The notes: generated by a model from the sequence alone, not told the origin. Positions 1 to 8,759 are shown, counted from the stretch's first letter. The stretch: 64,000 nucleotides of DNA from Candidatus Micrarchaeota archaeon (GCA_016932815.1 JAFGCC010000014.1:80129-144128); one strand, 5' to 3'. Numbers and translations are program-made.

Positions 1-752
1 AGGACGACAGGCTCATGACGATATTGGTTAGCCCGCTTGTTCCGTGTGCTGCGCGCATGGAAGTGTTCGTGTTCCTTGCCGGGGCGTTCTTTGCGCCTTC
101 TGTTGCGGGGCAGGCGGTGTTTTCGCTCATGCTCCTGAGCTTCGTGCTGATTGCGGTAATGGGGATTTTGTTCAGGAAATTCCTTGCTTCCGGGGAGAGG
201 CAGCCCTTTGTGATGGAGCTTCCCCCGTATAATATGCCTACTTTGAAGGGGCTCTTCTTCCACATGTGGGGGAGGGCTAAGATGTTCGTGCAGAAAGCGG
301 GAACGTTCATATTCTTAGTTGCATTAATCATGTGGTTTTTGGCAGGGAATCCTTCCGGGGTTGAATACGGGAGCGCAGAAAGCTACATCGGGATTGCTGG
401 GAGGGCGATTGCGCCCCTTTTTGCTCCCTTGGGCTTTGGGTGGGAAGAAAGCGTTGCGTTGCTTTTTGGGTTCCTTGCAAAGGAGGTCGTGATTTCCGCA
501 TTCGGGATTCTTTATGGGGCCGTGGATGAGGGCTTGCTCACGGATACGCTAGCAGTTGTCTGGACTCCGCTCCAGGCATACGTATTTATGGTGTTCACCC
601 TCGTATATATGCCCTGCTTTGCGACTGTTGCGGTTATCAGGCAGGAAACGGGCTCTTGGAAATGGGCGGCTTTTAGCGCAGCATATTCATGCGTTCTTGC
701 ATGGGTTGTTTCGCTCGCCGTGCTTACTGCGGGAACATTGCTGGGATATTGA
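1..752 (+). CDS. feoB: Ferrous iron transporter FeoB, C-terminal membrane domain (5' partial, runs off window start)
   Basis: The ORF is polytopic and hydrophobic and matches the FeoB C-terminal gate and nucleoside-recognition region (ELPPYNMPTLKGL, LAKEVVISAFGILYG). It continues in frame to position 3 and is followed by a FeoC-like gene. Confidence 0.75.
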   Translation, partial: DDRLMTILVSPLVPCAARMEVFVFLAGAFFAPSVAGQAVFSLMLLSFVLIAVMGILFRKFLASGERQPFVMELPPYNMPTLKGLFFHMWGRAKMFVQKAGTFIFLVALIMWFLAGNPSGVEYGSAESYIGIAGRAIAPLFAPLGFGWEESVALLFGFLAKEVVISAFGILYGAVDEGLLTDTLAVVWTPLQAYVFMVFTLVYMPCFATVAVIRQETGSWKWAAFSAAYSCVLAWVVSLAVLTAGTLLGY

Positions 753-775
753 AGTTTCTAATAGGTGGATTGAAA

Positions 776-1042
776 ATGTTGAAGAAAATATTGAAGGGAA
801 TCGAAAGCGGGTGCTCTAGCCCCGAGGAATTGGCGAAATACGCGGGAGTGGAAGTGGATTCTTTGCCAGGCTACATTGATACGCTTGTGGTGCAGGGATA
901 CCTTGCGCCAGCAGGGTGCTCCGGAGGATGTTCTTCGTGCGGGGGATGCCCATCTGCAAAAGAGGAAGCGGACTCCGGGGTTCTTTATATGACCGAGAAG
1001 GGGAAGAAGCTCGTATCTTCGGATGAAGGGAAAGATGAGTAA
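776..1042 (+). CDS. FeoC-like small winged-helix protein with a Cys-rich loop (start moved to the internal ATG at 776)
   Basis: 88 aa. A wHTH-like segment (SPEELAKYAGVEVDSLPGYIDTLVVQGYL) is followed by GCSGGCSSCGGC, resembling the Cys-rich loop of FeoC. It lies immediately downstream of feoB. Confidence 0.5.
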   Translation: MLKKILKGIESGCSSPEELAKYAGVEVDSLPGYIDTLVVQGYLAPAGCSGGCSSCGGCPSAKEEADSGVLYMTEKGKKLVSSDEGKDE

Positions 1043-1091
1043 GGGCATTATCCGCAAGGAATAAAATGCGGCTCTTTGATACCTGGTTCGT

Positions 1092-1658
1092 ATGGAGCAT
1101 GAGGAGGGCCCTTATTCCGGGCTCGTGAAGGCGCCTGGCGGGACCCTGCTGCCCACAAGGGAACTGCTAATTTCGGTGCACGAGGAGGTCATTGCGGATT
1201 CCATAAAGACCACTAATATCGGGCACCATGGGATACGCGACGACTCCATACTAGATTACCTGTGCTACAAGCTTGAAGGGCATCCGTACAAGAAAGATGC
1301 GGTATCCAACGCATATTATGTGGGGACCGAAGTGTTCTTCAACATCGCGTGCAGGCACCCGTTTATAGACGGGAACAAGCGCACCGCGTATGCATCTTCT
1401 ACCCTGCTTGTTTTTGCGAACCTCTCTGAGGCGCTTGGGGAGGGGGAGCTGGAGCTCTCAGAAGAGGCGGATACTGGGCAGGTAATTGAGAAAATTGCGC
1501 GCTGGGGGGAGGGCTCGGATAGTTCGTCTTTATTGGAGCTTGTGCGGGAAGCGGGGCTGCTTGGGAAGGGGCGCACGGACATAAACGAGGAGGACGTAAA
1601 AAGGTTTATTAATAAATTCCTGCGCGAAACAATACGCGTGCACGAGGAGGATGCTTAG
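1092..1658 (+). CDS. Fic/Doc family protein (Doc death-on-curing type toxin)
   Basis: Contains the Doc-type Fic motif HPFIDGNKRTA (HxFxDGNKR). Confidence 0.8.
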   Translation: MEHEEGPYSGLVKAPGGTLLPTRELLISVHEEVIADSIKTTNIGHHGIRDDSILDYLCYKLEGHPYKKDAVSNAYYVGTEVFFNIACRHPFIDGNKRTAYASSTLLVFANLSEALGEGELELSEEADTGQVIEKIARWGEGSDSSSLLELVREAGLLGKGRTDINEEDVKRFINKFLRETIRVHEEDA

Positions 1659-1817
1659 ATGGACGGAACGAAAAAGCCGGGAAGGAAAGTGGTGAAGATT
1701 ACCATCACCCGCACTCGCAAGGCTCCCGTTAAGATGCTCCGCATAATCTTAAAGTCCAATAAGAGGACTTTCAAATATTTGTCCAATCGCTAGTCACGCT
1801 CTGAAGAAACGGCAAGA

Positions 1818-2276
1818 TCAGGTTTTTAGAGAGAGTATTCTGGGACGTCCAGTTTTACCCCTAAAAAGAGTTACTTTGAATAATACAGAACTCCTACTAC
1901 GACGAGAGCTGAGATCTCTGTACATCACTAATACGTATGCACTCTGTGTTTGCGGCCTCAACTCAACCTGATTGAACATATTTGTTGATTCGCCTTTTGA
2001 GTAGTGCCTTAAGATTTTTTTATATACCTCGCCACGCTTTACTTTGTAATAAATATCATAATCAGACATTCCAGAATCAGAAGCATATGCCCCTTCCCTA
2101 AACCTTACTGCATTGCATTTGAGTGCTCTATGCCTTCTCTTACGTTTATTCCGTTTTTTCTTTTTGGCAGGTGCAGCAAAGAAACGGGCAAGAGTCCTTA
2201 GTATATCCATCAAATACCCCATTACTTCTCCACCCCGCGGGGGAGGGTCAGGAGGTCTAGGAACCTTCGGTTCCAA
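1818..2276 (-). CDS. Hypothetical basic protein, possibly a degraded RelE/ParE-like toxin, in a low-GC patch
   Basis: A K/R-rich segment is followed by SDYDIYYKVKRGEVYKKILRHYSKGE, which resembles the RelE/ParE beta-core (YRIIYRV..VYILRIGHRK). The region from about 1795 to 2110 is visibly AT-richer than its flanks. Start and extent are uncertain. Confidence 0.25.
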   Translation of the reverse strand: MEPKVPRPPDPPPRGGEVMGYLMDILRTLARFFAAPAKKKKRNKRKRRHRALKCNAVRFREGAYASDSGMSDYDIYYKVKRGEVYKKILRHYSKGESTNMFNQVELRPQTQSAYVLVMYRDLSSRRSRSSVLFKVTLFRGKTGRPRILSLKT

Positions 2277-2380
2277 CTCGCCTCAAAGAGGCGAACCCTC
2301 AAACTGTCGTGAGTTCTGCTCACTAGAAGAAACCGGAGGTTTCTCAGAGGGAGGGGGTGGAACCCCCTCCGCGGTTCGGA

Positions 2381-2464
2381 CGCCGAGAAGGAGATTTGAA
2401 CTCCTAAGCCCCGAGGGGCACCAGATCTCAAGTCTGGCGCGATACCGGATTCCGCCATCTCGGC
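2381..2464 (-). tRNA. tRNA-Ser (anticodon UGA), type II with long variable arm, CCA not encoded
   Basis: The reverse complement folds as a cloverleaf: acceptor GCCGAGA/UCUCGGC, D-arm GCG..CGC with a GG-containing loop, anticodon stem CCAGA/UCUGG with loop CUUGAGA (anticodon UGA), variable arm GCCCC-UC-GGGGC, T-arm AGGAG-UUCAAAU-CUCCU, and discriminator G. Confidence 0.9.
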
Positions 2465-2501
2465 ATGAGGGGAAAGTTAAAGGGGAAAAGGGAATAAAAA
2501 G

Positions 2502-2726
2502 CTATTTGAGCCCAAGCTCTCTTTTGATGGATTCAAAAGTATGGGCCCTGCCCTCTGCAATGTCCTTTTCCCCTCTTGCTATTGATTGTTTGAGTTCTTC
2601 CGAAAGTTCCGAAACGTCTTCTAGCAAATCCTCGATAACTTCTTCGTAAGTTTGCCCATCGTACGTTTTCCGTTTCCTTAACTCCACAAGCAGTTCTTCG
2701 GAAAGCTGGATAGACGTATTCGCCAT
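2502..2726 (-). CDS. Ribbon-helix-helix antitoxin-like protein (ParD/COG3609-like)
   Basis: 74 aa and charged. The N-terminus has an RHH-like strand (SIQLSEELLVELRK), then YEEVIEDLLEDV, and a C-terminal IAEGRAHTFESIKRELG reminiscent of ParD-type antitoxins. It sits directly upstream of tRNA-Ser on the same strand. Confidence 0.45.
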   Translation of the reverse strand: MANTSIQLSEELLVELRKRKTYDGQTYEEVIEDLLEDVSELSEELKQSIARGEKDIAEGRAHTFESIKRELGLK

Positions 2727-2766
2727 GATATATCACACGCAGGAAAGGACATTAGCTAATTCCCTG

Positions 2767-3765
2767 CTAGAGGAGTTCGTCGCGCCTATCGACTATGTGC
2801 GCGGAATCCGGCCCGGTCCCAATTAGGGTAACCGGGACTTCGAGCCTCGCTTCCACCTGGTCTAGGAACCTCCGTGCCTCGGTTGTGAGGTCCGAATACT
2901 TCTTCTTGCCCTCGTTTCCGGGGAAGCGGATGTCCATCTTGGTTACCGCAATCTGGGTTGCGCCATTAACTTCGGCTGCGAATTTCAGGTCTTCCCAGTG
3001 GAGTTCGGGCGAAGTCCTCCTTGGGCGCCCGGTAACCGTCCCGTATTCCTGGAAATTGAGCTTGACTGCCTCTTCCACCCCGATTTCGCCTGGGAAAGGG
3101 CCGTTTCCCACCCTTGTGGTGTAGGATTTTATAGTCATTATTACATGGTCTATTGAAGTTGGGCCAAGCCCTACATCCGCTGCTAAGGAGGAAGCGGAAA
3201 CGTCCTTGGAAGTTACAAATGGGTAAGTTCCATAAAGAACGGAAAGCATGAAGCCCTGGGAGCCTTCAACGAATACGCTTTTTGCCTTGTGCACTTCCCT
3301 TGCAACATCTATTATGTATTTTTGCATTTTGGGCGAATCCCCTATGAAAGTTGCATCCCTTCTTGCCCTTGAAGTAACTGCTGGGCCGCACCCTGTTTTT
3401 GTTGTGCCGATTTTTCCGCTTAATGAGGATTTTGCATCATCTTCTTTGTGCTTGGCGGTGATTTCGGTGCACCTTCTGTCCACGAAAACCCTTCCTTCTG
3501 TTCCGGTCATTTCCACCTCTTTTAGGAACACTTCAGGGTCCACGGACACGCCTGCGCCAATCATTACTTTTGAAGAGGCATTTACAAAACCTGAGGGGAG
3601 CATCCTGAGCGAATACCAGTTGCCGTTGTAGAGCACCTTGTGCCCGGCATTCGGGCCCACTCCGCCCCTTGCCACAATCTCCGGTGTGTCTGTTAATGCG
3701 ATGTGGGAAGAAATTTTCCCTTTTCCTTCGTCTCCGTATTGCCCGCCTACTAGAATAGTCCTCAT
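2767..3765 (-). CDS. purA: Adenylosuccinate synthetase (short archaeal form)
   Basis: The N-terminal P-loop GGQYGDEGKGK is present together with GHKV, TTKTGCGPA and the ~330-aa length typical of archaeal PurA. Confidence 0.9.
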   Translation of the reverse strand: MRTILVGGQYGDEGKGKISSHIALTDTPEIVARGGVGPNAGHKVLYNGNWYSLRMLPSGFVNASSKVMIGAGVSVDPEVFLKEVEMTGTEGRVFVDRRCTEITAKHKEDDAKSSLSGKIGTTKTGCGPAVTSRARRDATFIGDSPKMQKYIIDVAREVHKAKSVFVEGSQGFMLSVLYGTYPFVTSKDVSASSLAADVGLGPTSIDHVIMTIKSYTTRVGNGPFPGEIGVEEAVKLNFQEYGTVTGRPRRTSPELHWEDLKFAAEVNGATQIAVTKMDIRFPGNEGKKKYSDLTTEARRFLDQVEARLEVPVTLIGTGPDSAHIVDRRDELL

Positions 3766-3855
3766 TGTTCCACCCGATGCATGTTTAATCTTAAATTAAA
3801 AGTAATATTAATTAAAGGTTAGCTTGTTTCCGTGTGCGGGGATTTTCTGCTCAAA

Positions 3856-3957
3856 TGGTGGCTTGCGCCCAAGCGCAGGGATATTCTAATTAAGAGGTGG
3901 GCTTGCGCCCAAGTGCGGATACCTGCCGCTTAAAGGGGGCTTGCGCTTATTTGGCGG
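3856..3957. repeat. Three direct copies (about 39-bp spacing) of an imperfect palindromic motif GGCTTGCGCCCAAGYGC (TGCGC-N4-GCGCA core)
   Basis: Copies lie at about 3856-3879, 3897-3919 and 3935-3957 (the third is degenerate and overlaps the stop of the 599-aa gene). They sit between the 3' end of that gene and the AT-rich purA promoter. Confidence 0.6.
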
Positions 3958-5746
3958 CTTCTTCGCGTTTTTTATTGGATGCCCAGTCCGCGCCCAGTTC
4001 CACCCTCCATGCGGGCTTTCCCCCGGATACGTAGTCCACTGTGCGCACTGTGTATACGTTTAGGTTGAGCTGCGGGTAGCTCCTTAGGAGTGTTCCGAGT
4101 GCTATTGCATCGCGCTCGGCTTCTTTTCCCGTGCCCAGTTCAATTGTAGCTGCGGCTTCGCATTCCGGGTCCAGGTTGTTTCTGAGATAAGTGTAGATGC
4201 CGCCCACCTGCTTATCATCCAGGGCGAGGCGGCGCAACTTTGTTAGCAGGCCCACTTCGGATGGAGAACTCTCTAAGAGGGAATCGTGGTTTTTTGCCCA
4301 TATCCCCGTTGTTGCTTCTTCAAGCATTTCTTGTTTCTCCTTGTTTTTGCCTGCATAAGCGTGCATCCTGGCAAACCAGCGCGAGTATCCTGCAACATCC
4401 GCTTCAAGGGCGCGGATTTCCAGGGAGAGCTTCCTTTGCTCCTGCCTTGTCCTGCGCTTGGGGGCCTGGAGCTCTTGGAGCTTTTTTTGGAGCAGGGCGT
4501 ATTTTTTTAGGAACTCCCTGCTAAAAGCACGGTCGGAATAGAGCTTGAAGAATGAATCAAATTTCTTTTGCCGAACATTCTCGTTTGCGAATTCCACTTC
4601 CCCTAAGAGCCTCCTTAGTTCTGCGAACTTTCCCCCGGATTTTGAAGTGTGGACTGATGCGCGGTACCAGGCGTCTTCGGAGTAATCGGCGGCTTTGGTT
4701 CCCACCTTGCAGATGGCTTTTGAGGGGATTGCTTCCAGGGCAGATTCCACGCCATCCTCCCTGAAGTTCATGGTTTCTTTTCCGGGGGTGGATTCTTCCG
4801 CATTTATGGGCTTTATTATCAGCGTGCTTGTGGCACCGTCCCATCCCCAGTAGTCGGTAACGTATCCTTCTTCCCTAAGCGCGTCGTTCAGCTTCTCCAG
4901 TGCTTTGTGGTGCCTTTTAGGCTCTTCGGAGAACGCATCCAGTTTCCAATCCCTCCCATCCTCCAAGCCAGACAGCAAATCCTCGCGAATGTCCTTGTAG
5001 TCAGACGGTTTCGCGCCTATTGCATGAATATATTCGTCCAAGGCTTTGGAAACCCTGGCTTTCCACCCCTTTTGCCTGGGCGCCTCGGCACTGCCTTTAG
5101 CAGGAGATGGAACGGTTTCCCCGGAGATTTTTTGCTCTTTTTCAGATGGGGATTCCGCGGGCTCTCTTGCATCAATTACGAGTATGCTATGCGAGCCCCC
5201 TTTGGAAGAAATGCCCGGAAAATAGTGGGTTCGGTACCCTTCTTCATTAAGCACTTTGTTTAGCTCCTTCATTTTTGCATGGTCGTCTTCTGTGCCCTGC
5301 TCGGTTATCCTGAGCAGGCGGTCTTTTGCCGGGCCGGACAATACATCATTCATAAAGGGATTCCTAAAAGATGCGGGCGCATCCATCAACCAGAAAAATT
5401 CATCCATGGCCTTGAGAACCCTAACCCTGGATGGGCCCCTTTCACCTGAGGAGATATACATCCGGGTTTCCCCGCTCAGTTTTGAGTCCATGAACTCAAT
5501 GCCATATCCGGCGTTCTTGAGCAGTTTTCCGAGCTTTTTTAGCCGGACATGCAACTTCATGGGGGCGGAAGCGGGCACACTTATCCACCAGGGCCTTTTG
5601 TCCCTGAATCCGGAATTTAGGGCATTGCGGAACTCCTGCGTTGGGCTTTGGCTTCCGGGGCATTTGCCAATGTCGTCTATGAGCATGCTCAACTCATTGA
5701 GGAGGGGGTCTTTTGGTTTTGGTTTCGGCTTCTGCTTCTGGGCCAT
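3947..5746 (-). CDS. Uncharacterized protein, tandem paralog 1 (599 aa): K/P-rich N-terminus, three ~45-aa modules, coiled-coil, conserved C-terminal domain
   Basis: The three internal modules have the pattern HKxLExLNxALxEEGYxVxY....STLxI. The C-terminal ~290 aa is highly similar to the 5879..7348 protein (ICKVGTKAADYSEDAWYRASV, YTVRTVDYVSGGKPAWRVELGADWA). Confidence 0.8.
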   Translation of the reverse strand: MAQKQKPKPKPKDPLLNELSMLIDDIGKCPGSQSPTQEFRNALNSGFRDKRPWWISVPASAPMKLHVRLKKLGKLLKNAGYGIEFMDSKLSGETRMYISSGERGPSRVRVLKAMDEFFWLMDAPASFRNPFMNDVLSGPAKDRLLRITEQGTEDDHAKMKELNKVLNEEGYRTHYFPGISSKGGSHSILVIDAREPAESPSEKEQKISGETVPSPAKGSAEAPRQKGWKARVSKALDEYIHAIGAKPSDYKDIREDLLSGLEDGRDWKLDAFSEEPKRHHKALEKLNDALREEGYVTDYWGWDGATSTLIIKPINAEESTPGKETMNFREDGVESALEAIPSKAICKVGTKAADYSEDAWYRASVHTSKSGGKFAELRRLLGEVEFANENVRQKKFDSFFKLYSDRAFSREFLKKYALLQKKLQELQAPKRRTRQEQRKLSLEIRALEADVAGYSRWFARMHAYAGKNKEKQEMLEEATTGIWAKNHDSLLESSPSEVGLLTKLRRLALDDKQVGGIYTYLRNNLDPECEAAATIELGTGKEAERDAIALGTLLRSYPQLNLNVYTVRTVDYVSGGKPAWRVELGADWASNKKREEAAK

Positions 5747-5774
5747 CCGGTTGCACCTAAACTAATAATACGCA

Positions 5775-5804
5775 AAAGAAGATATAAATGTTATTGGGTT
5801 GTGC
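5775..5804 (-). promoter_or_regulatory. Putative TATA/BRE promoter of the 599-aa paralog (duplicated block aaagaagatataaatgttattgggttg)
   Basis: On the coding strand this reads ..CCAATAACATTTATATCTTC.. about 37-44 nt upstream of the ATG at 5746. An almost identical block lies at 7388-7417. Confidence 0.5.
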
Positions 5805-5878
5805 GTCATTGGAATGTGGGTATTGGGTTGTACGCTGGGAGCTAAACGGTGTTAATTGGGATTGGAAAGCACCCCTGT

Positions 5879-7348
5879 TCATGGGGAATTGGTTTCCTCC
5901 CGTTTTTTGCTGGTTGCCCAGTCTGCGCCCAGTTCCACCCTCCATGCGGGCTTTCCTTCAGATATGTAATCAATGGTGCGCACGGTATATACGTTCAGGT
6001 TGAGCTGCGGGTAGCCCCTTAGGAGCTCTCCGAGGGCCATTGCCTTGCGCTCTGCTTCTTTTCCCGTGCCCAATTCAATTGTAGCTGCGGCTTCGCATTC
6101 CGGGTTGAGGTTGTTTTTGAGGTATGCGTAGATGCTGCGCAACTGCTTGTAATCTAATGAGAGGCGGCGCAGCTTATTGAGCAGGTCCACTTCGGAGGGG
6201 GCAGAGTTCATGAGGGATTCGTGGCTTTTTGCCCAAATGGTTTTTTGGGCTGCTGCAAGCTTTGCCTTCTTCTCCGTGTTCTTGCCTGCGTAGGCGCTCA
6301 TTCTGGCTACCCATCTTGAGTATCCTGCAACGTCTGCTTCTATGGCGCGGATTTCAAGGGAGAGCTTCATTTGCTCCCCCCTTGTCTTGCCCTGCAGCGC
6401 CTCAAATTCTTTGAGCTTTTTTTGGAGGAGCGAGTATTTCTTCAGGAATTCCTTGCTGAAAGCGGCGTCGGAGTAGAGCTTGAACATGGAGTCGAATTTC
6501 TTCTGCCGGACGTTCTCGTTTGCAAATTCCACCTCCCCTACCAACCTGCGGAATTCCGCGAATTTTCCCCCTGTTTTTGAGATGTTGACCGATGCGCGGT
6601 ACCAGGCATCTTCGGAGTAGTCTGCGGCTTTGGTTTCCACTTCGCAGATGGCTTTTGAGGGAACGGAATCGCGGGCAATCCAGTTTCCTCCCAGAATGGA
6701 TTTCATGTCCTCCTCTGAGAATAGTATAGTTAGTGTGCTAATGCCATCCTCACTACGATAATCGACTTTGTATCCCTCTTCTACAAGCGCTTTGTTGAGG
6801 GCTTCTAGGGTTTTATGGGCCTCCCTGGGATCGGACCTTCGTAGCTCTAACTCCCATTGGTTTTTCAAGCCAGAACGCAATTGCTCCCGGAGATTCTCGT
6901 AGTCTGAGGCGTCCCCATCCGTTGCACGTATGAATTCATCCAGGGCTCTGAAAACCGGGGAGTCCGGCTCCAGTCCCCGCTTTTTCTTGGCATCCCCCTG
7001 GGCGGGAGAAGGGACTGTTTCCTTTGAGATTTCCGGTTCGCGTGGGGCATGGACCAGCAGTATAGCTCCCAGGCCTTTCCGGTTTCCCCTAAAAGAAATT
7101 TCGTATCCCTCCCCTTCAAGCAACTTCCCAAGTTTCTCTAGCTTATCATAGAGGTGCTGGGGATACTCGTCTGGAAACTGCAGGTAGGTCCATGGCTTGG
7201 ATTTGAAAGAGCACAGGTTCTGGACATCTTGTTTTATTCCCTCTGGAATCTCTCGCCCCAGCGACTCTTCGATTGCGAGTACCATTTCATCTAGGGCTTT
7301 TTCAACCTTGGATTCCTGTTTGGGCTTCTGCACTTGCTTCTGGGCCAT
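5879..7348 (-). CDS. Uncharacterized protein, tandem paralog 2 (489 aa) of the 3947..5746 gene, with two ~45-aa modules
   Basis: It begins MAQKQ like its neighbour. The C-terminal domain is conserved (ICEVETKAADYSEDAWYRASV, YTVRTIDYISEGKPAWRVELGADWA). Confidence 0.8.
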   Translation of the reverse strand: MAQKQVQKPKQESKVEKALDEMVLAIEESLGREIPEGIKQDVQNLCSFKSKPWTYLQFPDEYPQHLYDKLEKLGKLLEGEGYEISFRGNRKGLGAILLVHAPREPEISKETVPSPAQGDAKKKRGLEPDSPVFRALDEFIRATDGDASDYENLREQLRSGLKNQWELELRRSDPREAHKTLEALNKALVEEGYKVDYRSEDGISTLTILFSEEDMKSILGGNWIARDSVPSKAICEVETKAADYSEDAWYRASVNISKTGGKFAEFRRLVGEVEFANENVRQKKFDSMFKLYSDAAFSKEFLKKYSLLQKKLKEFEALQGKTRGEQMKLSLEIRAIEADVAGYSRWVARMSAYAGKNTEKKAKLAAAQKTIWAKSHESLMNSAPSEVDLLNKLRRLSLDYKQLRSIYAYLKNNLNPECEAAATIELGTGKEAERKAMALGELLRGYPQLNLNVYTVRTIDYISEGKPAWRVELGADWATSKKREETNSP

Positions 7349-7387
7349 CTGAATCGCACCTAAACTAAAAGATGCATAAAAGAAGAT

Positions 7388-7417
7388 ATAAATGTTATTG
7401 GGTTGCGCAGGCAGGGA
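7388..7417 (-). promoter_or_regulatory. Putative TATA promoter of the 489-aa paralog (duplicate of the 5775-5804 block)
   Basis: The same 30-bp block lies upstream of both paralogs, including the gcacctaaactaa leader. Confidence 0.5.
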
Positions 7418-7468
7418 TTAAGGAACAGGAGATGTAGCGGTTTGGGAAACTGCCGAACGATGTGGAGG

Positions 7469-8425
7469 TTATTGGGAAGAGTCCAGCTTCCGCACGAACA
7501 CTTCAATGCATTTTTCGAGGGTGGCTTCGGGGCGCTCTTTTGAGGAACAGCCTGCTGCTTTCGGGTGCCCGCCGCCTCCGCCTCCAAGCTCAGTTGCCGC
7601 TCCCCTCATTACTTCATTTAGGGGAACGGGGACGTGCTTGCGGGCACGGGAGGAAACGCGGGTTTCCTTTTCCTCCATATTCCAGTGCGCGGCGAAAACC
7701 ACGTCGGAGAATTCTGAGAGGGAGGAGGAAATAAGCGATTCGTGCGCGGGAACTATGACCGTTGCTATTGAGTAGCCGCCATGCGCGCTAATGTGCATTT
7801 TCTTGAACATCTCCAAAACGAAGAGTTTTTCGTCTAGTTCGAGTTCCGGCTCCGCGGATTCCAGGAGTTCCGCATAAGGCTTGCCGCATTTTTCTAGGAG
7901 GGATGCGAGCGTTGAAAACGTTGAAGCGCGCGAGGACTTGAAGCGCGCGGTATCCGAGATTATTGCAACGGCGAGCACGTGGGAGATTTCGGGGGAAACC
8001 GAAGGGAGGAGCTCTGCTAACATTTCAGCAGTAGAAGGCGCATCCTCATCGCGCAGGAGAAGCGGCGTGGTGATGCCGTTGCCTTCGCCTTGGGGATGGT
8101 GGTGGTCTATTACCAGCTTAACCTTCCATTTTTTGGCTTCGGGAAGCAAAACCGTGGTTGAGCAGTCAACTACCAGCATCCCATCGTAATCGGAAGGATT
8201 CAGCTTCCCAAGCTCGGAGAATTCCATGCCAAGTTTTTCCGCAAAGGCTTTTGCCGGGGAATCCATCTTGTCCGGATAGGCGAGGGTGGAATTGGGGAAT
8301 GCGCTCTTTAGTGCGTAGCAGCAGCAGAGCGCATCCAAATCCAGGTTCTTGTGGCTGGTAATTACGAAGCGCGAATCCCTGTTCCCTTCTAGAAACGAGA
8401 GAAAACGCTCCTTAAGCTGCATCAT
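7469..8425 (-). CDS. DHH/DHHA1 family phosphoesterase (NrnA/RecJ-like nanoRNase)
   Basis: DHH motifs are present (LDLDAL, VVDCS, IDHHH) along with the DHHA1 motif GGGGGGHPKAAG. Length is 318 aa. Confidence 0.85.
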   Translation of the reverse strand: MMQLKERFLSFLEGNRDSRFVITSHKNLDLDALCCCYALKSAFPNSTLAYPDKMDSPAKAFAEKLGMEFSELGKLNPSDYDGMLVVDCSTTVLLPEAKKWKVKLVIDHHHPQGEGNGITTPLLLRDEDAPSTAEMLAELLPSVSPEISHVLAVAIISDTARFKSSRASTFSTLASLLEKCGKPYAELLESAEPELELDEKLFVLEMFKKMHISAHGGYSIATVIVPAHESLISSSLSEFSDVVFAAHWNMEEKETRVSSRARKHVPVPLNEVMRGAATELGGGGGGHPKAAGCSSKERPEATLEKCIEVFVRKLDSSQ

Positions 8426-8759
8426 CGGAAGAACCCATCTCTTCCTGGAGCTTCTTCTGGAGCCGGGTTAGTTCGGCACGGAGCTTCTCGTCCTGCCCAT
8501 CTAGCGTCTTCATGCGGCTCTCCATAAGCTCTTTCTTTTCTGCGAGGTCCTTTTTGGCCTCTTCGGCGGTGGTTTTTATCATCACGTTCCCGATGCTTTT
8601 GTATACTTCGCCGGATGATTTTGCGAGCTCGTCCTGCGCCAGCTTGATTTCCCCTAGCTGTATCTGGATTTGCTGCCTCTGCATCATTACCGCCTGGAGC
8701 TGCCTCTCAAAATTCTGCAGCCTTGCAATGTCCCTTTCCAATTCTTCGTTTTCGCTCAT
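8412..8759 (-). CDS. pfdB: Prefoldin beta subunit
   Basis: 115 aa with a coiled-coil–beta-hairpin–coiled-coil layout (LQNFERQLQAVMMQRQQIQ...GNVMIKTT...LRAELTRLQKKLQE). It sits in the exosome superoperon context. Confidence 0.85.
   Translation of the reverse strand: MSENEELERDIARLQNFERQLQAVMMQRQQIQIQLGEIKLAQDELAKSSGEVYKSIGNVMIKTTAEEAKKDLAEKKELMESRMKTLDGQDEKLRAELTRLQKKLQEEMGSSDDAA

Noticed and set aside
1659-1763. 34-codon basic ORF starting right after the Doc stop codon (MDGTKKPGRKVVKITITRTRKAPVKMLPHNLKVQ)
   Set aside because: It is too short, has no recognisable family, and lies in a compositionally odd region. It is mentioned only as a possibility.
2113-2649. 178-aa plus-strand ORF (and the 2222..2458 minus-strand ORF) spanning the tRNA region
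   Set aside because: They overlap the well-folded tRNA-Ser gene and a low-complexity region, with no coding signal, so they are spurious.
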